Under the pieces are notes generated by a model that saw nothing but the letters and a program-made list of their open reading frames with translations, had not been told where the DNA came from and did not search any database. A stretch of 45,712 bases of DNA from a virus (taxonomy: Duplodnaviria; Caudoviricetes): positions 1 to 45,712 of IMG/VR virus record IMGVR_UViG_3300008085_000051; one strand, given 5' to 3'. Made by a program: the position numbers and the translations under genes. Positions within the stretch are counted from its first letter, which is position 1, and each line of letters starts with the position of its first letter. Positions 36,944 through 45,444 of this stretch are shown piece by piece.

Positions 36944-37327
36944 ATGAAAGAAACAAAAAATACTGAAAACCTAGAAGAAATAAAAGAGTTTTATTTATCA
37001 TATCAAGACGATTTTGAAGATTTTATCTTATTTTTAGAAGATGAAATGTATTTAATAGATAAAATATATTCTGAAGAAAGTAATTGGAATAATGGAGATA
37101 TTAATTCAGGACAATATTCTCGTTCAAAAGAAGAAATTAGTAGTTTAATTTATGATGTATTAGAATACTTAAAAAAACAAGACTATAGGTGTCCTGAATG
37201 TGCTATGAAATATAATGATGATAATTATATTACAGTATCTGAGCCAAGACCTTATGGTGAGAGTTGTTGTTATGAATCTGTTGCAATAGGTTACAGGTGT
37301 AAATGTGGTTATGGAGAAAAATATTAA
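36944..37327 (+). CDS. Acidic protein with C-terminal Zn ribbon
   Basis: CPEC...CKCG. Confidence 0.7.
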   Translation: MKETKNTENLEEIKEFYLSYQDDFEDFILFLEDEMYLIDKIYSEESNWNNGDINSGQYSRSKEEISSLIYDVLEYLKKQDYRCPECAMKYNDDNYITVSEPRPYGESCCYESVAIGYRCKCGYGEKY

Positions 37328-37511
37328 AATGAGTTTACAAGAATCAAAATTAGTATTTGATGCTAAGAATTCTTATGGTGTTAGTGTTAAAGCATTTTAT
37401 TATGAGGATGTTAAGAAAGCAGTTTTAAAATATAGAAAAGAATATATTGAACAAGGGTTTTTTAGTATTGAAGTCTATGATTTAATATTTGGGTTTGATG
37501 AAAATGAATAA
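37305..37511 (+). CDS. Hypothetical protein (start may be ATG 37329)
   Basis: Short ORF in the operon. Confidence 0.6.
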   Translation: MVMEKNIKMSLQESKLVFDAKNSYGVSVKAFYYEDVKKAVLKYRKEYIEQGFFSIEVYDLIFGFDENE

Positions 37512-37592
37512 AGAATATAAAGAATATAAAGAATATAATAATAAAGAAAAAGGATTTGGAAAATCCGTTTAATTATACAATAATAAAGAAAT

Positions 37593-37769
37593 ATGGAAAA
37601 TAAAAAATATAATTTGGAAATTACTGAATTACAGAAATGCGCAATCCTTAGTGGATTGGATTTATTAGAAAGGATGTTGTGTGATGATAATCCTTCCCAT
37701 AAAGCAAATGAACTAGGTATTAGTAACATTAGGGCAATTTGTAACGAATTAAGAGAAAAATTAAAATAA
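37593..37769 (+). CDS. Hypothetical protein, 58 aa, not in the ORF track
   Basis: MENKKYNLEITELQKCAILSGLDLL... Confidence 0.55.
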   Translation: MENKKYNLEITELQKCAILSGLDLLERMLCDDNPSHKANELGISNIRAICNELREKLK

Positions 37770-37809
37770 TAGTTTTGTAGGTATCTAAAATCTACACTAA
37801 TTAAAAAAA

Positions 37810-38061
37810 ATGTATCAAAGAGTTAAATTTAGATCAACACAAGAAAATTATAGAAAAGAGTTTTTAGGACTCAAATCTAATACTTTAAGAAAACAAGATA
37901 TAGAAGACGAGAGATTTCAAAAGTTACTCGATTTTGAATTAGGAAATTTAAATAATTTAGTTATTGAAATTATAAATACGAAAACTAATGAGTCTTTTCA
38001 AAAGATTATCTCTGATGTAACTTCTTATGAAGATTGGATAATAATTAGTTGGAGAGTTTGA
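37810..38061 (+). CDS. Hypothetical protein
   Basis: 83-aa ORF. Confidence 0.7.
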   Translation: MYQRVKFRSTQENYRKEFLGLKSNTLRKQDIEDERFQKLLDFELGNLNNLVIEIINTKTNESFQKIISDVTSYEDWIIISWRV

Positions 38062-38077
38062 ATAAAAATATATTTCA

Positions 38078-38884
38078 ATGAAAGAGATATTAAATAATCT
38101 AAAACCTTTGTATCTTAATAGTAGTGATTACTCGGGCAAAGATTGGAAACTGAAAGAGGATTGTAGTGTTTTTAGTAACAGAAAATTATGTAAATATGAG
38201 ATTGTGGTAGATTTTGATAATGTAAGTCATGACCAAAAAACACAAATCTTAACTTGGTTTATAAAACATAATTTTTTATTTGTTATTTATACTTCAAGTG
38301 AGACAGGTTTGCACTTACATTTCTTTAGTAAATATAAAAATAAGTTCCATAAACGTAAACTTTTAGAATTAATAGAACAAGATTTAAAAATTCCTATAGA
38401 TTCTGGTCCAGTTATGAGAGGGTGGATTAGAGCGGAAGATTCAGTACATCCTGTAAAGAAAACAATAAAGACTTTATTATATACTAATATCTCCAAATTA
38501 GCTTATTTAAGTCCTCTTTTTTATACAAATGAATTAAGTTACTCGACACATAAAAAAGTCTTGTCACAATCAATCTTAGGCGATGAAATTATACTTTCTC
38601 CTGAAACTGAAACTCCTAAAAGTATAAGATATATGTTATCCCATAAATTTACTGATGGTAGAAGTAGAATTATATTTTGTTTAATGAGTTATTGGAAAGA
38701 TAAAGGTTTAGATAATAATAAAATCTTTGAAAATACTAAAGAATGGTTGAGAAAACAGAATTACTATATCCAAGACCATAAAATTTGGGCAAGTATATAT
38801 TCAAATAAAGCTAGAGTAAGAGATAATTATAGGTTAAATCTCTTAAATGAATTAGGTGTAGATATAAAAACGAAAGATTTATAA
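38078..38884 (+). CDS. Archaeo-eukaryotic primase (AEP) with PriX/PriCT-like C-terminal domain
   Basis: IVVDFD (DxD), SETGLHLH, IRAEDSVHP; C-terminal DGRSRIIFCL. Confidence 0.8.
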   Translation: MKEILNNLKPLYLNSSDYSGKDWKLKEDCSVFSNRKLCKYEIVVDFDNVSHDQKTQILTWFIKHNFLFVIYTSSETGLHLHFFSKYKNKFHKRKLLELIEQDLKIPIDSGPVMRGWIRAEDSVHPVKKTIKTLLYTNISKLAYLSPLFYTNELSYSTHKKVLSQSILGDEIILSPETETPKSIRYMLSHKFTDGRSRIIFCLMSYWKDKGLDNNKIFENTKEWLRKQNYYIQDHKIWASIYSNKARVRDNYRLNLLNELGVDIKTKDL

Positions 38885-38885
38885 A
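38871..38885 (+). promoter_or_regulatory. BRE+TATA promoter
   Basis: cgaaagaTTTATAAA overlapping the primase stop; ATG at 38907 at 29 nt. Confidence 0.7.
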
Positions 38886-38906
38886 TACATTCAGATTTAT
38901 TATATT

Positions 38907-38978
38907 ATGGAAGAAGACATAGCAATTCCCGAAATAATTATAAAGAAAAGAAATGGTGAATACCTTGAAGATGATTAA
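38907..38978 (+). CDS. Possible 23-aa microprotein
   Basis: MEEDIAIPEIIIKKRNGEYLEDD; leaderless position behind a promoter. Confidence 0.4.
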   Translation: MEEDIAIPEIIIKKRNGEYLEDD

Positions 38979-39133
38979 AAAAACTATACTGGGGGGTCAA
39001 AAAAATATAAATTCGCCTTTAGTATAGATTTCAAAATAAAATTCCTAAAAAATATAATTTATAACTTTTTAGTAGTAAAAATAGTTATATATTTTATTAA
39101 TGAATTGTTTTCGTTATTATATAGTAGTAAATT

Positions 39134-39291
39134 ACACAAAGTTTAACACAATTTCAAACACAAAATTAAACATAAAATTATAAACTTAATTTCTACAAAA
39201 TTTATTACATAATTTCTACAAAATCTCTACATTTTTTTTCACACACAAAAACACACACAAAATTTAACACAATTTCAAACACAAAGTTAAA
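39134..39291. repeat. 37-bp direct repeat pair (39134-39170 and 39255-39291) plus shorter repeats
   Basis: acacaaaRtttaacacaatttcaaacacaaaRttaaa twice; taatttctacaaaat twice between them. Confidence 0.8.
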
Positions 39292-39375
39292 AGTAGAATT
39301 AAATAAAAAATATAATATGAGTAAATATAAGTAAAAACTACAAGAAATAAGGATTAAATGTTAATTAAATGAGGG

Positions 39376-39570
39376 TTAATTATGAATTATTTTAAACTCT
39401 TTATTAATAAATAATAAATTTAAGAGTTTTTCTTTTTGTTTTTGGTTTTTATTAGGATAAAAATCATTAACTAGAGTTTTTAAATCTTTATAATATTCTT
39501 CTTTTATTTTTATTGAGTAAATCAAAGCATCATTATAATTATCAAAAGATTTATTATTTATTTTATACAT
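39376..39570 (-). CDS. Hypothetical protein
   Basis: 64-aa ORF, last gene of the leftward cluster. Confidence 0.6.
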   Translation of the reverse strand: MYKINNKSFDNYNDALIYSIKIKEEYYKDLKTLVNDFYPNKNQKQKEKLLNLLFINKEFKIIHN

Positions 39571-40172
39571 TTTTTCACCTCAAATAAATTTATTCTATTG
39601 TGTTTTTTATCTAAACTTTTATTATATTGTATTTTTAATACTTCACCTTTATAAAAAGCTTCACCAATTTTAAGATTTAACATTGTACCTCCTTTTAAAT
39701 TAGTTCCTAAACTTAGCACATATTTTTTTAATTGCGAACCTTGTATAAAATCTTTAAATAATATTTTACACAATATATAATTATTGTCAGGAATTAAGGA
39801 GCATATGAGTTTATTATAATATTCTGTGGTTCCTGCAAGTATTACTATATTATTATTATGTTCTAATTGGTTAAATATTTTTTTTATTATATCATTATTG
39901 TGTCTATCCTCAATATTAAACAATAAATGGAACTCGTCAATAAATATAAAAGAGTTGTTTATTTGCTCTAACTCTTCCAAAGTATCAAAAAAACTTAAAC
40001 CTTTATTTTTTAATAAAAGTTTTGTCTCTTGATGATAACAAAATACATATTTATTCGTTTTCGTATTCTCAACACTATTAATAAAGTTAAACAATGTAGT
40101 AGTTTTACCTGAGTGTTTACTCCCTACAATAGCAAATACTTTTCCTTGTTTTAGTATATTAATCAAATTCAT
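39558..40172 (-). CDS. P-loop ATPase
   Basis: VGSKHSGKTT Walker A; IFIDEFH Walker B. Confidence 0.85.
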   Translation of the reverse strand: MNLINILKQGKVFAIVGSKHSGKTTTLFNFINSVENTKTNKYVFCYHQETKLLLKNKGLSFFDTLEELEQINNSFIFIDEFHLLFNIEDRHNNDIIKKIFNQLEHNNNIVILAGTTEYYNKLICSLIPDNNYILCKILFKDFIQGSQLKKYVLSLGTNLKGGTMLNLKIGEAFYKGEVLKIQYNKSLDKKHNRINLFEVKKCIK

Positions 40173-40174
40173 AT

Positions 40175-40411
40175 TTATAAAACCTCTTTAATTACAATAT
40201 TATTTTTATTATTCTTATATTTATTGAAATAATCATAAATTATTTTATGTTTTATGAAGTGTTCTTTATTAGCTAAAATAAATAATTTCTCATCTTTATA
40301 AAATACTTCTGCAAATCTCCCTAAACTATTAGTATAACTTTTTATATTATAACCTAAAGGTTTTATATCTTTTCTAACCTTTTTTAATTCTTCTAAGTTT
40401 TCAACTATCAT
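40175..40411 (-). CDS. Hypothetical protein
   Basis: 78-aa ORF. Confidence 0.65.
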   Translation of the reverse strand: MIVENLEELKKVRKDIKPLGYNIKSYTNSLGRFAEVFYKDEKLFILANKEHFIKHKIIYDYFNKYKNNKNNIVIKEVL

Positions 40412-40629
40412 CTTTTAAACCTCTCATCAATTATTAAATTTTTCATCGTATAGTTTTTTTTATGTCTTCTGCTCTCTTTTTGAGCCTTTAAGTCGTTTAA
40501 TATTACATTTATTGAGGTTATTTTTTCATTTAATTCTCTTTCTTCCATAAATTGAATATTTTTATTTATTTCCCCTCTTATTTTCTCTATCTCAAAAATT
40601 TCAGGTTCTTTATAATTTATTTTAGTCAT
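40408..40629 (-). CDS. Hypothetical protein
   Basis: 73-aa ORF. Confidence 0.65.
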   Translation of the reverse strand: MTKINYKEPEIFEIEKIRGEINKNIQFMEERELNEKITSINVILNDLKAQKESRRHKKNYTMKNLIIDERFKR

Positions 40630-40741
40630 TTTTTATTTAAATTGTTCTTTTAATATATTACTTAATAAATGTTTTATTAATCCTTCACTTTTTAAAAAAG
40701 ACAAATAAAAATTTAAGTTATTTTTATCGGATAAATCCACA

Positions 40742-41152
40742 TTAATTTTCATTTTCTACCTCTTCAAAAATGTCTTTTAATTCACCAATAATGGTATTAA
40801 TAAAATCACCATAATCATTTAAATTAATATCACTTTTTAGTAAACTTGCTAGTTTTTCACTATTTATATTCTCTATTGTATAACCTAATCCTCGAGCTAA
40901 TTCTAAAGAATTATTTAAACTATTATCATTCTCTTTTAAATACTCAATAGCGTTTGAATAATAAATAACTTCTGTATCTGTTATTTGTCTTTCATCGTTT
41001 AAATCTCTTAAATATTCCTCTAAATCCTCAATATTATCAATTTCCTTTAATTCTTCAATATCTATATAATTAAATACAAAATCGTTAAAATTATAATATT
41101 TCTCTTCTGACTCAATAAGAGCCTTTAATTCATTTATTTGTTTATCGTTCAT
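40742..41152 (-). CDS. Highly acidic small protein (possible Ocr-like DNA mimic)
   Basis: 136 aa, strongly D/E-rich; VIYYSNAIEYL motif. Confidence 0.55.
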   Translation of the reverse strand: MNDKQINELKALIESEEKYYNFNDFVFNYIDIEELKEIDNIEDLEEYLRDLNDERQITDTEVIYYSNAIEYLKENDNSLNNSLELARGLGYTIENINSEKLASLLKSDINLNDYGDFINTIIGELKDIFEEVENEN

Positions 41153-41418
41153 TTTTTTAATTCCTCATTTAAATAATCTTGTTCTATTTGTTTTTTTGTT
41201 TCTGCCTTGAAGCCATTTTGTAACAAAAACTCTTTAATGTGTCTTAAAGTAGTCTGTGAATGGGTACCTAAAACAATAACCTTATTTAAATCTTTAATAA
41301 TATAACTTACTAATAAGCCATAACTATATAATTCTATAGTTTCTCCATTTTCTTTTATTAAAGCTTTATTATAAAAGCTTTTTTTACTGTCATATTCCGT
41401 ATTTAATATATATTCCAT
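41149..41418 (-). CDS. Phage hypothetical protein
   Basis: YDSKKSFYNKA...LYSYG...SQTTLRHIKEFL pattern familiar from phage early regions. Confidence 0.75.
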   Translation of the reverse strand: MEYILNTEYDSKKSFYNKALIKENGETIELYSYGLLVSYIIKDLNKVIVLGTHSQTTLRHIKEFLLQNGFKAETKKQIEQDYLNEELKK

Positions 41419-41509
41419 TTTTGTTTAGTGGGGGTGTGTTCCTTACTTCAACTCCCTTAAAGTATAATAATTTAAGGTTTATTATAACCTTTTGTAACTC
41501 CTAAAGAGT

Positions 41510-41695
41510 TTATTTTATTTTTAAATACACATTACAAACATTATAGTTTAATTTATTTCTCGCTACTTTTTGTAATTTATCTCCTGTAAATTTTTCTAAG
41601 TATTTTACAAATCTTAAAATTAAAGATTTATATTCTATTCTTTTTAATCTACTTATTTTGTTTATCAGTGTTTTTATTTCTTTTGTTTGTTTCAT
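41510..41695 (-). CDS. Hypothetical basic protein
   Basis: 61 aa; minus-strand promoter-like caaataTTTATATA about 32 nt upstream. Confidence 0.55.
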   Translation of the reverse strand: MKQTKEIKTLINKISRLKRIEYKSLILRFVKYLEKFTGDKLQKVARNKLNYNVCNVYLKIK

Positions 41696-42209
41696 GATAG
41701 TAATACTAATATAGAGTATTATATAAATATTTGTTCTTACGAGGAGTAGTAAATAGAATTAGTCTTTTTGTTGTTATTATGTAGTAGTGAATAGATAATA
41801 GGTGTATTAGTATGGGCGGATATATAAATGTATATAATGTATATAAATGTATATAGTACTATATGTAGGATACAATGTGTAATCTTATGTTATTGTGATG
41901 TATTACATATACTATAACATAGGATATGATGATCTAAAATTATGTAAATAACATAAAATAACATCATATAACACAAATATTGTATATAATGTAAATACTA
42001 TAAATAATGTCATTATAACCCCTTCCAATAACTCTTTTTATTGTTACATATGTCGTACTATTGTTTTTATATTGTGTTGTAGTGTGTTATATATGTATAA
42101 CAAATGTATATAGTAGTATATAGTTACATATGTTTTATACAAATGTATATACCAACATATATTTCAAGAATAAGCATAAGGTTACATAGGTGTATATATA
42201 TATAGGTCA

Positions 42210-42257
42210 TTAGATACATTGTTAGATACATTGTTAGGTACTTTGTTGGATACATTG
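42210..42257. repeat. 12-bp tandem repeat, 4 units
   Basis: ttagatacattg ttagatacattg ttaggtactttg ttggatacattg. Confidence 0.85.
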
Positions 42258-42312
42258 TTTATATCATAGTTACAACCTTAGTGTAACACAAGTATCGTTG
42301 TAAAACAACTTC

Positions 42313-42645
42313 AAGAAAAAGTCAAAGGACTGTTGTGATATTAATTCACTCTAGGCAAATATATTAATGTTTTGTGAATACAGTTGTAGTGAATATTATA
42401 TCACACTTTTATCATAACTTTCCTTTAACTCTATAGAACGTTTAAGTTATATTAAGACACTTACCCACAATCCATACTCTTGATATCCTCAACCTTTGTG
42501 TTGCCAGTCAGGTTTACTTGTCTCCAAAAGGATTTACTTGTGTCTTTGTTGTTCAGAACTTCACCAACGATTAGGTTCTAGCTATATCAGCTCAGGGGGC
42601 ATAAGCTTCTTTTTACAGAGTGACTTATGGTCCTTACTTATAATT
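42313..42645 (-). ncRNA. Candidate structured ncRNA (about 330 nt), family unknown
   Basis: Minus-strand promoter at 42667-42681; 5'/3' closing helix; several internal stems; GCAA tetraloop and G-U pairs favour the minus strand; U-tract at the 3' end. Confidence 0.6.
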
Positions 42646-42666
42646 ATACTTTATGTGATAATTTTC

Positions 42667-42736
42667 TTTATAAATATTTGGTTCGAATTTCGAACCTATA
42701 TGGTATAAAAACAGTATAAAAGCAAAGGTTTATAAA
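42667..42736. promoter_or_regulatory. Divergent promoters with an intervening palindrome
   Basis: Minus ccaaataTTTATAAA (42681-42667); palindrome ggttcgaa-t-ttcgaacc (42680-42696); plus gcaaaggTTTATAAA (42722-42736). Confidence 0.7.
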
Positions 42737-42757
42737 GGTTGAAATCCTTATAATAGT

Positions 42758-42901
42758 ATGAAAGCATATAAAAGTTTTAGTTGTCCTAATTGTGGGAGTA
42801 AAGAAGTACAAGCAGGAATACAAAATCGAGGGGTAACTTTAATATTTGCAAGATGTTTAAGTTGTGGATTTATGAGACAAAGTATGGCGAGATTTAGTTA
42901 G
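42758..42901 (+). CDS. 47-aa Zn-ribbon protein, not in the ORF track
   Basis: MKAYKSFSCPNCGSKEV...ARCLSCGF; ATG at 29 nt from the TATA start. Confidence 0.75.
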   Translation: MKAYKSFSCPNCGSKEVQAGIQNRGVTLIFARCLSCGFMRQSMARFS

Positions 42902-42905
42902 TAAG

Positions 42906-43418
42906 ATGGGTAAACATAAAGATGTAACAAGTATTGTTAGGACTAAAGCTTCACAACAATACAGAGATTTGACAATAGCGCATAATGAAAGAACTACAAA
43001 ATGGGCTGAAGCGTTAAGTAAAGTTCGTGGACTTAGTGTTGACGAGATACAGGCTGAAGTAATTGCTTTCTTCCTTCAAGAGTTAAGAAATACTGATGAC
43101 CTTGCCACTATGAGTAAAGTAAATATAGCCACTTTGACTATGAAAGAGCAGTTAAAGTTTGAGACCAAGAAAGCTCATTTAGAAAGAAAGTATAATAAAG
43201 CTATTGATGAGGGTGATGAACAACTAGCTGAAATTATATATGAAGAGATAATTGAGTTATTAACAGATACAGAAGCAGATTATAAAAAATTCAAAGCAAT
43301 TAATGATGCTATTAAAACAATGAAATCATTAGAGCCTAAGAGTATAACTGTGAATACACAATCACAGGATGATAAAATGATATTTGATATTAAAGATGGA
43401 GTATATACTGAAGAATGA
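42906..43418 (+). CDS. Probable terminase small subunit
   Basis: 170-aa helical protein directly upstream of and overlapping terL. Confidence 0.55.
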   Translation: MGKHKDVTSIVRTKASQQYRDLTIAHNERTTKWAEALSKVRGLSVDEIQAEVIAFFLQELRNTDDLATMSKVNIATLTMKEQLKFETKKAHLERKYNKAIDEGDEQLAEIIYEEIIELLTDTEADYKKFKAINDAIKTMKSLEPKSITVNTQSQDDKMIFDIKDGVYTEE

Positions 43419-44920
43419 AACTTACTATTGATGATTTAAAGAGAGATTTAGAATTTCAAGAATATTATGATACTCTTAATAGTAATCCTTACTACACTAA
43501 ACTTACTAATGAAGATAAACAGAGGTTTGAAGAGTATTGTACTCCTATGCTTAAAATGTCACTTACTATTGCTAAAAGACATCCTTTTTTATGGGGGAAG
43601 TGGGTTTGTGGTATTAATCCTTATGATTATCAGTTTAAAATGCTCGATGATATGTATAAATACAAATTTTTTATATGTAATACTTCAAGACAAATAGGTA
43701 AATCTTTAGTTATTGCTATTTTTGCATTTTGGGCCGCTTATAATAATGTTTATCCTGTGGGTATTGACAAGAAAACAAAGATAGGTATTGTTTCAGCTAC
43801 AGAAGACCAAGCAAAGAAGTTATTAAGAGATATTTATACAGTGATTCAGAACGCAGATGGAGTATTTGCAAAACTTACTAAAGGAACTGAACACTCATCA
43901 AGACAATATTTCACTAATAAAATGACTGAGAAACCTACTGCGTATAAACTTATGTTTCCAAGTGGAACTATTGAATGTTTCCCTCCTACTAAAAAACTAA
44001 GAGGTAACTCATTTAGTTTCTTGATTATTGATGAAGGCGATTTCTTAGGTTGTGAAGACCCTAATTATTTCTTTAACTCCGAAGCTTTACCTACTTTAAA
44101 GAAAACTGATGGGCATTGTATTATTTGTAGTACACCTAAAGGAACTCCGAGTTATTATAGAGATATATTTAGACCTGAGGAAGAGAATCCTGCGACTGGT
44201 TGGCATAGAGTTTGGTATAATTGGACCATTTACGAAGATGACTGGGTTAATGGATGGGTTAGACGACAACAATCTATAGAACAAGGAAAATTAAGAGACT
44301 TTGAAGCAGAGTTTGAAGCAAAATTCACATCAGGTAGATACAGTTTCTTTGACCCAGAAAAAATAGATAAATGTACAGCTTTAAGAAGTAGCATTGATGA
44401 ATGTTATGAAAAAGTGTATGCTGGGGTAGATTTTGGTAGTGTAACTTCAAGAACGGCAGTAACTTTAGCATATTTTGACGAAAAAGAACAGAAATCTATT
44501 ATTTTAAGAACTAAAGAGTTTGTACAAAAATATGAAAACGATAAACTTGTTGATTATTTTAAAAGATTAAGAGAAAGATATAGATTACATACAATAATTA
44601 CTGAGTCGTGTCCTGCTGGTGACACGCCTATAGCGTTATTAAAGAGAGCTGGGTTTAGGGTCTTGGAGTTTAATTCAAAAGCGGACAAAATCAGAAGTTA
44701 TGAGAATATGCAAATAGCAGTTAATAACCAAAAAATAGAGTTCTATCAAGACAAAACTATGTTAATGCAATTAAAAGGTTTAGAAGCAATAGAAACTAAT
44801 ATGGGCAACACTCAAATACATAAACCTAAAGGAATGAATGATGATGTTGCAGATAGTGTGATGTTCGCTATAAGTGAGTTCATCAAACCCAAAAAAGGTG
44901 GGAAGAGGTATATATTATGA
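43415..44920 (+). CDS. terL: Terminase large subunit
   Basis: PYDYQ, SRQIGKS Walker A, LIIDEG Walker B, STPKG, GVDFG and DDVADS. Confidence 0.95.
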   Translation: MKLTIDDLKRDLEFQEYYDTLNSNPYYTKLTNEDKQRFEEYCTPMLKMSLTIAKRHPFLWGKWVCGINPYDYQFKMLDDMYKYKFFICNTSRQIGKSLVIAIFAFWAAYNNVYPVGIDKKTKIGIVSATEDQAKKLLRDIYTVIQNADGVFAKLTKGTEHSSRQYFTNKMTEKPTAYKLMFPSGTIECFPPTKKLRGNSFSFLIIDEGDFLGCEDPNYFFNSEALPTLKKTDGHCIICSTPKGTPSYYRDIFRPEEENPATGWHRVWYNWTIYEDDWVNGWVRRQQSIEQGKLRDFEAEFEAKFTSGRYSFFDPEKIDKCTALRSSIDECYEKVYAGVDFGSVTSRTAVTLAYFDEKEQKSIILRTKEFVQKYENDKLVDYFKRLRERYRLHTIITESCPAGDTPIALLKRAGFRVLEFNSKADKIRSYENMQIAVNNQKIEFYQDKTMLMQLKGLEAIETNMGNTQIHKPKGMNDDVADSVMFAISEFIKPKKGGKRYIL

Positions 44921-45402
44921 TTTATTTAACAGAAAAACAATTATCTGAATACATTTTAAAGTATTCGCAAAGATTAGAAGACTCGGGATTAAACAAAGAT
45001 GAGGTAGAAATAAGATTAGAAAGTCATTTGAAGACAAATGTAGTAATAAAATACACAAAAGCCTGGCAAGATAGAGTATATAAAGAATTAATGTATATTT
45101 GGACCGAAGTTCCTGGAGGATATTGGCAATTACAGGATTTAATGCATTCACCTCATGTAGAATTTGAACATTATTCTAATAGAAGCAAACAAAGTTATGA
45201 AAAAGGTAATGTTTCTTTGAGTATGGCTAAAAAAGAATTATGTCCTGAACAATATAAGTTTTATGAGACTTCTAAGAAATTTAAAGAAATAAAACTTAAA
45301 AAAGACAAAGGAATTTATGAAGGATATGATGTCGAGGTTGAGGGTAAAATTATAATTCCTGATAAAACTCACAAAAACCAAAAGGTTTATAAAACAAACT
45401 AA
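44917..45402 (+). CDS. Hypothetical protein
   Basis: 161-aa ORF coupled to terL; C-terminus encoded by the 70-bp repeat. Confidence 0.75.
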   Translation: MIYLTEKQLSEYILKYSQRLEDSGLNKDEVEIRLESHLKTNVVIKYTKAWQDRVYKELMYIWTEVPGGYWQLQDLMHSPHVEFEHYSNRSKQSYEKGNVSLSMAKKELCPEQYKFYETSKKFKEIKLKKDKGIYEGYDVEVEGKIIIPDKTHKNQKVYKTN

Positions 45403-45430
45403 CAAATAAGATATAAATATGGTTAAGATA
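45361..45430 (+). repeat. 70-bp direct repeat, copy 2 (contains promoter and ATG)
   Basis: Matches 1415-1484 with 2 mismatches. Confidence 0.95.
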
Positions 45431-45444
45431 ATTAAGGTAATAAA

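Noticed and set aside
37507-37535. 9-bp tandem repeat (ataaagaat x3)
   Set aside because: Short AT-rich slippage repeat with no supporting context
42680-42696. GGTTCGAA as a tRNA T-loop
   Set aside because: Part of a perfect palindrome between promoters; no cloverleaf around it
42496-42708. 70-aa plus-strand ORF
   Set aside because: TTG start, atypical composition, overlaps a promoter and the structured region
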